Shown: positions 16,350 through 26,711, counted from the first letter of the stretch. The stretch is 32,000 nt of DNA from Thermoproteus tenax Kra 1 (GCF_000253055.1 NC_016070.1:390001-422000), one strand, 5' to 3'. Translations and numbers: made by a program. The notes: generated from the sequence alone by a model not told the origin.

Positions 16350-18538
16350 AGATAGAGAGGCGGCGTGGCTCTGGCCTTGGCCTCAGGCCTCATCTGCCTA
16401 GCTCTCTCAAGCCAGCCCTCGTAGAACTTCAACATGTCGGGCGTTATAGACGGCTTTACCTTTGCCAATGCAGACTCGAAGTGCCTCATGGCGACCTCTT
16501 TGGCGTTTATGTCCTCCCTCAAGGCCAGGAACGTGGCCTCTCTGACCACGAGCTCTATATCGGCGCCTGAGTAGCCCTCCGTGCGCCTCGCCAGCTCCTC
16601 CAAATCCACGTCCTTAGCCAACGGGACGTTCCTAGTGTGTATCAAGAAGATCTCCAACCTCGCCTTGAAGTCGGGCGGCGGAACGTAGATTATACGGTCG
16701 AAGCGTCCTGGCCTCAACAGGGCTGGATCCACGAGGTCCGGTCTGTTGGTGGCCCCTATGACGACTATGTTCTCCAGAGTCCTTATGCCGTCCATCTCAG
16801 CCAACATCTGAGCGACCACGCGCTCAGTCACAAAGGAGTCAGCGCCGAGACCTCTGGCGGACGCCAACGCGTCGATCTCGTCTATGAACACAACGCACGG
16901 GGCCGCCATTCTCGCCTTCTGGAATATCTCCCTCACCATCTTCTCCGATTCGCCGACCCACTTGGAGAATATCTCGGGCCCCCTCACGGCGATGAAGTTG
17001 GCGCCCGACTCTGTTGCCACCGCCTTGGCGAGGAGGGTCTTGCCTGTGCCGGGCGGGCCGAACAGCAGTATCCCCTTGGGGGCTCTGAGGCCAAACTTCT
17101 TGAATTTGTCGGGATACTTGAGGGGCCACTCCACGGCCTCGCGCAGCTCCTGTTTGACCTCGGCCAAGCCTCCTATATCCCTCCACTTCACCTTCGGCAC
17201 CTCTATGTGTATCTCGCGGAGGGCCGAGGGGACTATCTCCCTCATGGCGTCCAGGAAGTCTTGCATAGTGACTTTTATCTTCTCCAAGTTCTCCGCAGGT
17301 ATGACGGGCTGGTTCAAATCCACCAGGCCCTCCTGGATCGCCTTCCTCAAGGCCCTCATGGCCGCCTCCTTGGCCAAGGCGGCTATGTCGGCCCCAGTGT
17401 AGCCGTGGGTCATCTCGGCCAGCTTCCTCAGATCAACGTCGGGGGACAACGGCATATTCCTAGTGTGTATCTGGAGGATCTCGTAGCGGCCTCTTATGTC
17501 GGGCGGATTGATCCAGATCTCTCTGTCGAACCTCCCGGGCCTCCTCAACGCCGGGTCCACGGCGTCGGGCCTATTCGTCGCGCCTATTACGACTATCTGC
17601 CCCCTCTCCTGCAGACCGTCCATCAGAGTCAACAGCTGGGCCACGACCCTCTTCTCGACCTCCCCCGTCACCTCCTCCCTCTTTGGGGCTATGGCGTCTA
17701 TCTCGTCTATGAAGATTATGGCCGGGGCGTTCTTCTTGGCCTCCTCGAATATCTCCCTCAGCTTGGCCTCGGACTCGCCGTAGTATTTGGACATTATCTC
17801 GGGGCCGTTTATGGCTATGAAGTACGCGTTGGCCTCGTTGGCCACCGCCTTGGCGAGGAGGGTCTTGCCTGTGCCGGGCGGGCCGAACAAGAGTATCCCC
17901 TTGGGCGGCTCTATGCCCAGATGTTTGAACAGCTCGGGGTGCCTCAGCGGGAGCTCCACTAGCTCCCTTATCTTCTGTTTCGCCTCCTCCAGATCGCCGA
18001 TGTCCTCCCAAGTGACCGGCGGTATCTTCACTCCGGACACAGGCTTCTCGTAGATCTGCAACTGGGTGTCGTCGGTTATTATCAACACGGCGTTCGACGG
18101 CCTGGCTTGCACCACTTGGAACGTGAGAGGTTGGCTCAGTACATATATCTGGATTACGTCCCCCTCGACTAGGACATAGTCCCTCAGCCTCTGTTTGATG
18201 TACTGGAGGAAGTTCTGATCTACGGCGATCGTCATAGATATGGGCGCCAACTTTACGGCCTGCGCAGGCTTGGGATCGACCTTCCTCACTTTCACTGTCT
18301 CGTTCAACGAAACGTCGGCGTTCTTCCTCAAGATCGAGTTCATCCTTATGATGCCCTTCCCTCTGTCCTCGGGGAGGCCGTTCCACACCTTCGCCGCAGT
18401 CCTCCTACGGCCCATTATCTCCAGGACGTCCCCCACCATTATCCCGCTCTGCTCCATAACGTTGGGATCAAGGCGTACAATGGGCCTGTTGGCGTCTCTA
18501 GCCTTGCTCTCGGCCACCCTTAGCTCTATCCAGCTCAC
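16346..18538 (-). CDS. Cdc48/VAT/p97-type AAA+ ATPase with two AAA modules
   Basis: Two [15 protein letters not shown] Walker A copies, two FIDEIDA Walker B copies, N-terminal VAT-like double-psi barrel region ([16 protein letters not shown]). Confidence 0.96.
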   Translation of the reverse strand: MSWIELRVAESKARDANRPIVRLDPNVMEQSGIMVGDVLEIMGRRRTAAKVWNGLPEDRGKGIIRMNSILRKNADVSLNETVKVRKVDPKPAQAVKLAPISMTIAVDQNFLQYIKQRLRDYVLVEGDVIQIYVLSQPLTFQVVQARPSNAVLIITDDTQLQIYEKPVSGVKIPPVTWEDIGDLEEAKQKIRELVELPLRHPELFKHLGIEPPKGILLFGPPGTGKTLLAKAVANEANAYFIAINGPEIMSKYYGESEAKLREIFEEAKKNAPAIIFIDEIDAIAPKREEVTGEVEKRVVAQLLTLMDGLQERGQIVVIGATNRPDAVDPALRRPGRFDREIWINPPDIRGRYEILQIHTRNMPLSPDVDLRKLAEMTHGYTGADIAALAKEAAMRALRKAIQEGLVDLNQPVIPAENLEKIKVTMQDFLDAMREIVPSALREIHIEVPKVKWRDIGGLAEVKQELREAVEWPLKYPDKFKKFGLRAPKGILLFGPPGTGKTLLAKAVATESGANFIAVRGPEIFSKWVGESEKMVREIFQKARMAAPCVVFIDEIDALASARGLGADSFVTERVVAQMLAEMDGIRTLENIVVIGATNRPDLVDPALLRPGRFDRIIYVPPPDFKARLEIFLIHTRNVPLAKDVDLEELARRTEGYSGADIELVVREATFLALREDINAKEVAMRHFESALAKVKPSITPDMLKFYEGWLERARQMRPEAKARATPPLYL

Positions 18539-18579
18539 GCGGAGAAGCCTATGGTACTTAAAAAGTTTAGTGTCGAGCT

Positions 18580-18858
18580 TTAGAAGCTAAGGCGGGAGAA
18601 GTACTCCAGCTCTATATTTCCTATGCCCTTGATAGAGCGCAGTATCTCCTCGACTTCGTCGGATGTGTACTCGTCCGACTCAGGATGTCTGATGTAGAGC
18701 TTCAGAGCGGTTATGCCGAAGCCTATGGGCTCCTCCTCTATCTTGTCCACTTTGTACTTAGGCTGAAGCCTCTGGACTATCTCCTGCTTCAGAGCGGCGA
18801 GGTTCACGTCGGCGCTGTCCGGCAGAACTCTGTATATCAACGCCACTTCGGCCGACAT
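18580..18858 (-). CDS. ef1b: Translation elongation factor 1-beta (archaeal)
   Basis: [24 protein letters not shown]...[46 protein letters not shown]. Confidence 0.88.
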   Translation of the reverse strand: MSAEVALIYRVLPDSADVNLAALKQEIVQRLQPKYKVDKIEEEPIGFGITALKLYIRHPESDEYTSDEVEEILRSIKGIGNIELEYFSRLSF

Positions 18859-18889
18859 AGGCCCGAGGTGTAAATCCCTATATAAAAAT

Positions 18890-19087
18890 TTACGGCCCCT
18901 CGAATCCGCAGACGGGGCACTTGTAGGAGATCCCCAACTTCCTGGACTTATAGCTCCTTATGATGGTGGCTTTGCCGCAGTTGGGGCAGACGAACTCGAC
19001 ACCTCGCTCCAGCGGGGCCAGAGACCAGTTGGTCATACTGTCGGCGGGAGGCTGGGGGCCATATATTTTGGCGCCTCTAATCGACAT
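18890..19087 (-). CDS. Zinc-ribbon nucleic-acid-binding protein (COG2888-type)
   Basis: [34 protein letters not shown]. Adjacent to aEF-1beta, a common archaeal pairing. TTTTTAAA about 28 nt upstream of ATG 19087. Confidence 0.82.
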   Translation of the reverse strand: MSIRGAKIYGPQPPADSMTNWSLAPLERGVEFVCPNCGKATIIRSYKSRKLGISYKCPVCGFEGP

Positions 19088-19152
19088 AGCCTTCCTGCAT
19101 CAACGCGTTTAAAAAGTTTACGAGAAACTTTATTACAGGTCCCATTTGGGCC

Positions 19153-20859
19153 ATGGATCTGCTGGCGCGAAGGCTGTTGTCGGTTAAAAACGCAGTGGGG
19201 CCCTCGGCGGGGCCCGACGGCTCAATATACTATCTCTCCGACTACACAGGCCAGTACCAGATCTGGAGGTTCGACTGGAGGAGACACGACGTCCTATTTC
19301 CGTGGGATGGCAGAGTCGGGGCCATGTCGATATCGCCGAGAGGACACGTGGCGTTCGCCGCAGACGTGGGAGGAGACGAGAGGTGGCGCATCTACGTGTT
19401 GGACGGCGATGAAGTCTCCGACGTCGCAACCGAGGGGTTCAACAATCTGGGGCCCTGGACGGAGGACGGCCTCAAGCTTGCCTACACATCCACTGTGGAG
19501 AGCCCCGCCGACTACTACCTCTACGTCTACGATAGAGCCACCGGCACCTCCGCCAGGCTTGCGGAGCTCTCCGGCATCAATGCGGCGGCCGACTGGTGCG
19601 GTGACGCAGTTTTGGTGGCCCACGAGGAGTCCTCCAGAGACGGCGATATATACTTGGTGGGAAGAGACGGCGTCAAGAATCTGACTAAACACTCGGGCGA
19701 GGAGAAGAACGCCTCGCCCAGATGTCTAGGCCACGGAAGGGTGGCCTACTTGAGCAACCGCTGGTCTGAGTATTCGGCCATAGCCTTGTTGGACTTGAAC
19801 ACGGGGGAGGCCAAGCCTTGGGTCCAGTTGGACAGAGAGATTGAGGCGTTCGACGTGTGGGAAAACTATATGGCCTACGTAGTCAACGAGGACGGCTACT
19901 CGGGGCTATATATAATGCACACGCCCACCGGCCTCACCCACAAGGTGGGCATACCGCCGGGGGTGGTCACCTCTCTGAGCTGGCGCTTCGGCAGATTGAC
20001 CTTCTCCCTATCTGGGCCTCAGATCGGCCACGAGGTCTTCGTCTACGGAGTGGAGGTCAGAAAGATAACAGAGTCGCCCAAGTACGGCCTCGACTTCTCT
20101 AAAAACGCCGTGCCCGAGGCAGTTAGGATCAAGGCGAGCGATGGCGTCGTTATACCCGTGCTGCTCTACAAGCCCTCCGCCCAGCCGCCCTATAAGGCCG
20201 TCTTCATCCTCCACGGAGGGCCCGAGAGTCAGGCGAGGCCGTACTTCGAGCCGTTGGCCCAGCTTCTGGTGCGGCTCGGCTACCTAGTGGTGGAGCCCAA
20301 CTTCAGAGGATCTACAGGGTATGGGAAGACCTTCGTCACATTGGACGACGGCGAGAGGAGGCTGAACGCCGTTAGAGATGTGGCGGAGGTAGCTGAGTGG
20401 GCGCAGAGACAGGGGTTCATCGCCGATAGGCCCTGCGTGATGGGCGGAAGCTACGGAGGCTATCTGACGCTGATGTCCCTCGCCTTGTACCCAGAGCTGT
20501 GGAAGTGCGGCGTCGAGATAGCGGGCATAGTCAATCTGGCTACGTTTTTAGAGCGGACTGCGCCGTGGAGGAGGAGGCACAGAGAGGCCGAGTACGGGAG
20601 GCTGGAGGACAGAGAGCTCCTCGCGAGGCTCAGCCCCATAACTTACGCCGACAAGATAGCTGCTCCGCTGTTGGTGGTGCACGGAGCCAACGACATAAGA
20701 GTGCCCGTCGGCGAGGCGGACCAGCTAGTGGCCAGGCTCAGAGAGCTCGGCAAAGAGGTGGAGTTCCTCCGCCTAGAGAACGAGGGACACGTCCTCTCCC
20801 CCTCGGCGCGTCCCCTAGTCTACGGCAAAGCTGTCGAGTTCATCAAGAGGCGCCTCTAA
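19153..20859 (+). CDS. S9-family serine peptidase (acylaminoacyl-peptidase/prolyl oligopeptidase-like)
   Basis: N-terminal beta-propeller-like repeats, catalytic GGSYGGYLTLMSLAL, ANDIRVPVGEA, and terminal ENEGHVLS. Confidence 0.9.
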   Translation: MDLLARRLLSVKNAVGPSAGPDGSIYYLSDYTGQYQIWRFDWRRHDVLFPWDGRVGAMSISPRGHVAFAADVGGDERWRIYVLDGDEVSDVATEGFNNLGPWTEDGLKLAYTSTVESPADYYLYVYDRATGTSARLAELSGINAAADWCGDAVLVAHEESSRDGDIYLVGRDGVKNLTKHSGEEKNASPRCLGHGRVAYLSNRWSEYSAIALLDLNTGEAKPWVQLDREIEAFDVWENYMAYVVNEDGYSGLYIMHTPTGLTHKVGIPPGVVTSLSWRFGRLTFSLSGPQIGHEVFVYGVEVRKITESPKYGLDFSKNAVPEAVRIKASDGVVIPVLLYKPSAQPPYKAVFILHGGPESQARPYFEPLAQLLVRLGYLVVEPNFRGSTGYGKTFVTLDDGERRLNAVRDVAEVAEWAQRQGFIADRPCVMGGSYGGYLTLMSLALYPELWKCGVEIAGIVNLATFLERTAPWRRRHREAEYGRLEDRELLARLSPITYADKIAAPLLVVHGANDIRVPVGEADQLVARLRELGKEVEFLRLENEGHVLSPSARPLVYGKAVEFIKRRL

Positions 20860-20888
20860 AGCTTTTAAACAGCCTCCTCAGCCCTGGC

Positions 20889-21782
20889 ATGATACCGCAG
20901 AGGGGGAAGGAGCTGGTGTCTCCCATAAGGCCCGTCTGGATCGAGACTGTATCTTGGCATACGTCTCTCGTCATGCAGATAGAGGCGATCCGCCTAATGA
21001 AGAGGACCAAATATCAAGAGATGGCCATTATAGACACGGTGGACTTCGGGAGGGCCTTGGTCTTAGACGGCTTTATTCAGTCCACGTACGCCGACGAGCC
21101 CTACTACCACGAGCCGCTCGTCCACCCGGCCATGGTGGCCCACGGATCGCCCGCGAGAGTCCTCATCTTGGGAGGCGGCGAGGGGGCGGCCCTCAGAGAG
21201 GCGTTGAAGTACAAGTCCGTCCGCGAGGTGGTCATGGTGGATATCGATGGCGATGTGGTGAAGGCGGCGAAGGAGCACCTTCCCGCCATGCACCAGGGAG
21301 CTTTCGACGACCCGAGGGCCAAGGTGTTGATAATGGACGGCCAAGCCTATGTGGAGGAGGCCCTGGCCAGGGGGGAGAAGTTCGACGTAGTGATAATGGA
21401 TCTCACAGACCCCTACGGGCCCGAGATAGCCCAGGGGCTCTACTCGGCCCAGTTCTTGGGCAAACTCAAGGCCCTTTTGGCGCAGGGCGGCATTGTGGTC
21501 ACGCAGGCAGGCGACTCCTTCTTCTTCGAGGAGGAGTACTCAAACGTTCTGCGGAACTTCGCCTCCGTTTTCAAATACGTCGCCGAGTACAATTTGTGGA
21601 TCCCGTCCTTCGGCTACGCAGTCAACTTCATCGCTGGGAGCGACTGGGTGGATCCAAGGGCGCTGAGCGCCGAGGAGGTAGACAAGCGGTTGGCCCAACA
21701 GGGCGTGTCCACTTTGTTCTACTCGGGCAGAGTGCACACGGCGTTGATGAACTTCCCCATATACAAGAAGTTCAGAGGGTAG
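20889..21782 (+). CDS. speE: Aminopropyltransferase (spermidine/thermospermine synthase-like)
   Basis: QEMAIIDTVDFGRALVLDGFIQSTYADEPYYHEPLVHPAM, VLILGGGEGAALREALKY, VIMDLTDPYGP. Start revised to ATG 20889 (TTTTAAA about 26 nt upstream). The tracked 20499 start lies inside the peptidase gene. Confidence 0.92.
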   Translation: MIPQRGKELVSPIRPVWIETVSWHTSLVMQIEAIRLMKRTKYQEMAIIDTVDFGRALVLDGFIQSTYADEPYYHEPLVHPAMVAHGSPARVLILGGGEGAALREALKYKSVREVVMVDIDGDVVKAAKEHLPAMHQGAFDDPRAKVLIMDGQAYVEEALARGEKFDVVIMDLTDPYGPEIAQGLYSAQFLGKLKALLAQGGIVVTQAGDSFFFEEEYSNVLRNFASVFKYVAEYNLWIPSFGYAVNFIAGSDWVDPRALSAEEVDKRLAQQGVSTLFYSGRVHTALMNFPIYKKFRG

Positions 21783-22467
21783 AGCCCTTGGTCTTGGCCG
21801 AGAGCAACGCCTTGACGAGCTCGTAGTGTTTAAGCTCGTCGTACTCTATGGATTTTATCAACGCTCTGGCCAACGGATCTTGTATGTGGTATAAGGCCTC
21901 AATGCTCTCCCTCATCCCTCTCTCCTCCTCTGAGAGGGTCCTCAGCTCCTCCTCAGTCAGAGCGAGCTCATCGGCCTTTATCCTCCCTGCGAGATAATCG
22001 AGCAACGTGATCAAAATTTCGGCGTGGCGCAAGCTGTCCATGGCTATCTGCATAAATATGGAACGCGCCAGGGGGTTGCCTGATCTGTAGACCATGAGGA
22101 GCCCTTTGTTGGCAGTCTCTTGCTCTAGCTTTATCCGCTCCATTATGAGCAGATGTACGTTGGCCTCGACGTGGGCCGGGGCCTCCATGGCGTTCTTGAC
22201 AGCTTGCGCCAGATCGGCAAGCTCCAGGCTCGTCCCCGCCCTCCTCTCCAGATAGGCGTCGAGATAGGACTTGACTATAGACATAACTCGCTCGTTGGAC
22301 TCAATTTTGGCGGCCAACTCCCCTCCCCTCTTCCCGCTGACGTACAACGAGACGGCGGCTGCAGTGACGCCCAACACGCGGGCCGCCTCGTTTACGGAGA
22401 GGCCCCTTCTGACGAGCTCTCTGGCCACCACCGCCCTCAGAGCCGAGATGTACTTCTCCAACGACAC
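21772..22467 (-). CDS. HTH protein with C-terminal helical, ferritin-like-looking domain
   Basis: HTH: RRGLSVNEAARVLGVTAAAVSLYVSGKRG. Helical C-terminal half with E..H spacing (MQIAMDSLRHAEILITLLDYL; IEYDELKHYELVKALL). Confidence 0.7.
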   Translation of the reverse strand: MSLEKYISALRAVVARELVRRGLSVNEAARVLGVTAAAVSLYVSGKRGGELAAKIESNERVMSIVKSYLDAYLERRAGTSLELADLAQAVKNAMEAPAHVEANVHLLIMERIKLEQETANKGLLMVYRSGNPLARSIFMQIAMDSLRHAEILITLLDYLAGRIKADELALTEEELRTLSEEERGMRESIEALYHIQDPLARALIKSIEYDELKHYELVKALLSAKTKGSTL

Positions 22468-22537
22468 TTACCTCGAGCCGATCCGCTTAAAACTCTTCCT
22501 CTAAGCAAAAGATATATACTGATGGCTGGGCCGTGGC

Positions 22538-22969
22538 ATGTACAGAGTCTATGAGAGGAGTGTCCAAGTCCCCATAAGGATATCCAAGGGCGCAGACGAG
22601 CAGGCGAGGATCAGGAGGCTTGAGAGGTGGCCGAGGGAGAGCGGTCTCAGCCTCGTCCTCGACGAGTCTGGGAGCAACTTCAACAAACTGCTCCAGATGT
22701 ACGCGGCCGACTACGGGCTCCAAGTGGGCGAGAAGAAATGGGAGACGGACTCCTCGGGCGAGAACATAAGGGCGAGGCTCGAGGTGCCTCTGCTTAAGGA
22801 GGGGCAAGTCAAAGGGAGGGGGCTCATGGAGGCCACCATCCCCAAGAGTCCGACGGGCGAGGAGGGGAACAACTACGTGTTCACCGCCACAGTCAACTAC
22901 TCAATAGAGCTTGAGGACGACGTATTGGCCCAGGGGGCCTCCAGCGGAATGGTCGAGTTCACGCTTTGA
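22538..22969 (+). CDS. Uncharacterised 143-aa protein
   Basis: Good ORF. GATATATAC about 25 nt upstream of the ATG. Divergent from the HTH gene and just upstream of atpB. Confidence 0.65.
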   Translation: MYRVYERSVQVPIRISKGADEQARIRRLERWPRESGLSLVLDESGSNFNKLLQMYAADYGLQVGEKKWETDSSGENIRARLEVPLLKEGQVKGRGLMEATIPKSPTGEEGNNYVFTATVNYSIELEDDVLAQGASSGMVEFTL

Positions 22970-23004
22970 AGTTAAAGTATAAATAACGCCCTTTCCTTGA
23001 ACTT

Positions 23005-24411
23005 ATGCAAGTATCCCCCATCGTTAGTTATTCGACTGTTAGAGAGGTAAAAGGCCCCTTGTTAGTTATCGAGAGGACTCGGGGGGTAGCATACGGCGAG
23101 CTCGGCGAAGTGATAGGCCCAGACGGGGAGCCGCGGCGGGTCCAAGTGATAGAAGTGGGCACAGATTACGCGGTGGTCCAAGTGTTGGGCTCAACGTTGG
23201 GCCTCCCGGCCAAAGGATCGACCGTGAGGTTCTACGGAAAGACGTACAGACTGGGCGTAAGCGAGGAGCTTGTGGGCCGCATCTTGGACGGGAAGGGCCA
23301 GCCCCGCGACCATATGCCGTTGCCGCCGCCGCAGGACTTCAGAGACATTAACGGGGAGCCTCTGAACCCATACGCGAGAGAATACCCCGAGGAGCCCATA
23401 GAGACGGGTATATCCGCCATAGACGGCCTCTACACGCTCGTCAGAGGCCAGAAGCTCCCCATCTTCTCCGGCACTGGGCTCCCCCACAACATAATGGCGG
23501 CCCAAGTGGTCAGACAAGCCACAGTGAGGGGGAGCGAGGAGGGATTCGCCGTGGTCTTCGTTGGAATAGGTATCAGGAGCGAGGAGGCTATGTACTTCAT
23601 GGAGGAGTTCAGAAAGACCGGAGCTCTGAGGAGGGCTGTCGCCGTAATTAACCTGGCCTCCGACCCCGTCGCCGAGCGCATCCTCGCGCCCAGAGTCGGT
23701 CTGACCATCGCAGAGCACCTAGCGTGGGACTTGGGCTACCACGTGTTAGTCGTGATGACCGACATGACCAACTACGCAGAGGGCCTCCGCGAGCTCTCCT
23801 CGGGCAAGGGCGAGCTGCCGGGCAGACGCGGCTATCCCGGATATATGTATACAGATCTAGCCACTATATACGAGCGCGCTGGGAGGGCAAAGGGCCGGAG
23901 CGGGTCGGTGACCCAGTTCCCAATTTTGACGATGCCGCACGACGACATAACTCACCCGATCCCCGATCTGTCCGGATACATCACCGAGGGCCAGTTGGTG
24001 TTGAGCAGAGCCATGTGGGGCAAGGGCATCTATCCTCCGTTCGACGTAATAATGTCCCTCTCCCGTCTGGCCAAGGACGCCATAGGCGAGGGCAAGACAA
24101 GGGAGGACCATAAGGACGTCGCCAACACGCTCATTGCCGCATACAGCCGCGCCCTAGAGATCAGAAGCTTGGCCACGTTGGTGGGCGAGCGCAACTTGGG
24201 CTGGCGCGAGAGGCGCTACCTCCGCTTCGCCGACGCCTTCGAGCAAAGGTTTATCAAACAAGGCGTATACGAGCGGCGCACATTCGAGGAGACCTTGGAC
24301 ATAGGCTGGGACGTTATGTCGATACTCCCCGAGGACGAGCTGACCAACGCCAGGCCCGAGATCTCTGCGAAATACTACCGCAAGCACATATTCGAGTCGG
24401 TGAAGGTCTAG
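23005..24411 (+). CDS. atpB: A-type (V/A) ATP synthase subunit B
   Basis: [96 protein letters not shown]. Confidence 0.96.
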   Translation: MQVSPIVSYSTVREVKGPLLVIERTRGVAYGELGEVIGPDGEPRRVQVIEVGTDYAVVQVLGSTLGLPAKGSTVRFYGKTYRLGVSEELVGRILDGKGQPRDHMPLPPPQDFRDINGEPLNPYAREYPEEPIETGISAIDGLYTLVRGQKLPIFSGTGLPHNIMAAQVVRQATVRGSEEGFAVVFVGIGIRSEEAMYFMEEFRKTGALRRAVAVINLASDPVAERILAPRVGLTIAEHLAWDLGYHVLVVMTDMTNYAEGLRELSSGKGELPGRRGYPGYMYTDLATIYERAGRAKGRSGSVTQFPILTMPHDDITHPIPDLSGYITEGQLVLSRAMWGKGIYPPFDVIMSLSRLAKDAIGEGKTREDHKDVANTLIAAYSRALEIRSLATLVGERNLGWRERRYLRFADAFEQRFIKQGVYERRTFEETLDIGWDVMSILPEDELTNARPEISAKYYRKHIFESVKV

Positions 24412-24454
24412 TTTTTCCCTAGTTTTTCCCTAGGATTACCTGGGTATTACCTGG
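24411..24454 (+). repeat. Two adjacent pairs of 11-nt tandem repeats after atpB
   Basis: GTTTTTCCCTA|GTTTTTCCCTA|GGATTACCTGG|GTATTACCTGG, read base by base from the last nt of the atpB stop. The T5 runs could act as an archaeal terminator. Confidence 0.75.
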
Positions 24455-24487
24455 CCAACTAATATAAGCGGGCTGAGTCATTATTCC

Positions 24488-24727
24488 ATGCCCAGGAATA
24501 AGGGGCAGGAGAAAATGTCGTTGATCTCGGTGCATGTCCCCAAGCGAATGTTGGAGGAGCTCGACGAGCTTGTGAGGAGGGGTATATATCCCAATAGGAG
24601 CGAGGCCATAAGGGCTGCTATAAGAGAGTTGATCTACAAGGAGTCGTTAAAGTCTGTGAGGCCGGCTCAAGAGCCAACGCCAGCCGACGACCAGAGCGAG
24701 GAGATAACGGTTTTACCGGGCCGTTAG
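24488..24727 (+). CDS. Ribbon-helix-helix (CopG-like) regulator
   Basis: LISVHVPKRMLEELDELVRRGIYPNRSEAIRAAIRELIYKE is a canonical RHH pattern. Confidence 0.85.
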   Translation: MPRNKGQEKMSLISVHVPKRMLEELDELVRRGIYPNRSEAIRAAIRELIYKESLKSVRPAQEPTPADDQSEEITVLPGR

Positions 24728-24762
24728 AGGCCAAGTTCTTTAAAATCCTCTCCATTTTAGCC

Positions 24763-26241
24763 GTGGCCTTGGTCGCGCCTATAGAATACTCCATATTGAA
24801 GGCGGCCGTCGAGGCCAAGAGTCTGGAGTCCATAGCGGCGGAGCTCGGGACCAGAGCCGAGAACCTCATGAGGTATGTGGAGTCGCTCAGATCGAGGGGG
24901 CTCCTGTCGGTGGAGAGACGGAAGGTAGAGGTCTACGAGCTGACCGAGGAGGGGCTGAGGTACGCAAGGGAGGGGCTCCCGGAGCTGAGGGCGCTCAAAT
25001 CGGCCAGATGTGAGGAGCTGTGCGTCGTCGAGGTCCCCGATACGGCCGAGGGCAAAATAATTTTGGCCAACCTGGCCAGATACGGCTTGAGGCCCAGGGG
25101 GCAGAGGATAGAGGTGGACAGAGGGGAGCTGGAGCGCGTGATAAGGACAGTGGAGGAGAGGCAGAGGGCTCTGGAGCAGTTGGCGTCGGGGGGAGGCGCG
25201 CCAGCCGAAATCTACGCCGAATTTCTAAAGAGGAAGTTGATAAAGAAGTCTGTAAAGACTGAGATCTACATCAAGACTGTCGTTGACTTGAGCGCAGTGA
25301 GGGCGGCCCAGCTGAAGACTGTGTTGACGCCCGAGGACATAAGGACGGGAGCCTGGAGAGAGATCGCGTTGAAGCCCATCGACCTCTCCGTCGAGGTCCC
25401 GCCTGCGCCCTCTCCGGTGCCCCACTTCTTCCAAGAGTTCCTCAACTACGTCAGAGAGGTCATGGTGGGGCTGGGCTTCGAGGAGGTCAGAGGGCCCATT
25501 CTGGAATACGAGTTCTGGAACTTCGACGCACTATTTCAAGCGCAGGACCATCCGGCGAGGGAAGTCCACGATACCTTCTTTGTCAAATGGGAGGGCGAGC
25601 TGCCCGAGCCTCCCCCCAGGGAGCTGATGGAGCGCGTGGCCGCCGAGCACGAGGCCGGCTGGGGATATAAGTGGAGCCCTCAGAAGGCCCTGGGCCTCGT
25701 GATGAGGAGCCAGACTACCGCCACGACCATTAGGGCGCTCGCCGAGAGGGGCGAGGGCCAGTACAAGGTGTTCACCATCGGCAGAGTTTTCAGGCCCGAG
25801 CATATAGACGCTAAACACAACGTGGAGTTCCACCAACTCGACGGCATAGTCGTGGGCCCCGGCTTGACCTTCTCCCATCTGTTGGGCCAGCTGGAGCAGA
25901 TAGCCAAGGCGCTCGGCATGCAGGAGGTCAAGTTCAGGCCCGCCTACTTCCCCTTCACTAGCCCCTCAGTGGAGGTCTACGCGAGACACGAGAAACTCGG
26001 GTGGGTCGAGTTCGGCGGCGCGGGCATCTTTAGGCCCGAGGTCACGAGGCCTCTCGGCGTCGAGAGGAGCCGGGTATTGGCGTGGGGCTGGGGGCTGGAC
26101 AGAATCGCCATGATCCTCTTGGGCATAGACGACATACGAGATTTGTTCACTTGGGATCTGGGCAAACTACAGGAGTACTACAGACGTTGGGAGAGTTTCA
26201 AGAGGGGGGTGGGGGCCAGGGGGGTTAAGTTCACTCTGTAG
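24763..26241 (+). CDS. pheS: Phenylalanyl-tRNA synthetase alpha subunit
   Basis: Class II synthetase segments: HPLxDxxxxF-like HPAREVHDTFFVK, SQTTATTIRAL, FTIGRVFRPE, KHNVEFHQLDG, GWVEFGGAGIFRPEV. N-terminal wHTH-like region. Confidence 0.94.
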   Translation: MALVAPIEYSILKAAVEAKSLESIAAELGTRAENLMRYVESLRSRGLLSVERRKVEVYELTEEGLRYAREGLPELRALKSARCEELCVVEVPDTAEGKIILANLARYGLRPRGQRIEVDRGELERVIRTVEERQRALEQLASGGGAPAEIYAEFLKRKLIKKSVKTEIYIKTVVDLSAVRAAQLKTVLTPEDIRTGAWREIALKPIDLSVEVPPAPSPVPHFFQEFLNYVREVMVGLGFEEVRGPILEYEFWNFDALFQAQDHPAREVHDTFFVKWEGELPEPPPRELMERVAAEHEAGWGYKWSPQKALGLVMRSQTTATTIRALAERGEGQYKVFTIGRVFRPEHIDAKHNVEFHQLDGIVVGPGLTFSHLLGQLEQIAKALGMQEVKFRPAYFPFTSPSVEVYARHEKLGWVEFGGAGIFRPEVTRPLGVERSRVLAWGWGLDRIAMILLGIDDIRDLFTWDLGKLQEYYRRWESFKRGVGARGVKFTL

Positions 26242-26342
26242 ATCGGCGCTATGTAAAATTTTTACTCGCGGGCCAAGCGCTGAGATATGCCGTCTCCAAA
26301 TATAAAGTCTTAATTCTGGCGGGAGCAGAGGGCGAGAAGATC

Positions 26343-26711
26343 GTGGACTTGTTGTCTGAGGGCGACGTAGAGATTGAGACAGACGAGGGCTCGCTCGTGG
26401 TGCAGTTTCCCTCGCATAAACTGTTGGACAAAGACCCTCACGAGGCGGCCGAGTGGCTCGTCCAAATAGCGGAGGCGTCTAGGGCGCGCTTGGCTATCGT
26501 GGGAGGCGAAGGGAAGATATACGGAGCTGCTCTGCCGGCGCGCGAGGCCTCCCAAGAGCTTCTGGAGAGATTCAGAAGGGGCATTGTGAAGGTGAGGGGG
26601 GAGTATATTGGAATGTTCTCGCAAGTGCCCGTGGAAGAGCCAGCGGCCGGGCTGGGCCAAGCCCTCTCCTTCCTCAGAAACGGCAGCTTTGAGCGGGTCG
26701 TCTCTCCCTAG
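26343..26711 (+). CDS. Uncharacterised protein, start uncertain
   Basis: The tracked start is a GTG. The frame is open well upstream (...ALRYAVSKYKVLILAGAEGEKIVDLLSEGDVEI) without an ATG, so the true protein may begin near 26280 or at a non-canonical start. Confidence 0.5.
   Translation: MDLLSEGDVEIETDEGSLVVQFPSHKLLDKDPHEAAEWLVQIAEASRARLAIVGGEGKIYGAALPAREASQELLERFRRGIVKVRGEYIGMFSQVPVEEPAAGLGQALSFLRNGSFERVVSP

Noticed and set aside
16839-17863. Long internal direct similarity within the Cdc48 gene
   Set aside because: Explained by the duplicated AAA modules (both encode [15 protein letters not shown]), not by a mobile or recombinogenic repeat.
16637-17962. 441-aa plus-strand ORF
   Set aside because: Fully antisense to the unmistakable Cdc48 gene. 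Low-complexity, His/Gly/Arg-rich shadow translation typical of GC-rich coding DNA.
17571-18386. 271-aa minus-strand ORF
   Set aside because: Out-of-frame overlap within Cdc48. Arg/Glu/Gly-rich shadow sequence repeated at 16839-17186 because the two AAA modules are duplicated.
18890-18930. TTACGGCCCCTCGAATCCGC as a possible tRNA T-arm/3' end
   Set aside because: No cloverleaf partner arms, and the sequence encodes the C-terminal CPVCGFEGP zinc ribbon.
20499-20888. N-terminal extension of the aminopropyltransferase ORF
   Set aside because: Lies inside the S9 peptidase gene with shadow-like composition. A TATA about 26 nt upstream of ATG 20889 supports the shorter protein.
20954-21826. 290-aa plus-strand ORF
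   Set aside because: Out-of-frame shadow of the aminopropyltransferase, rich in Arg/Gly.
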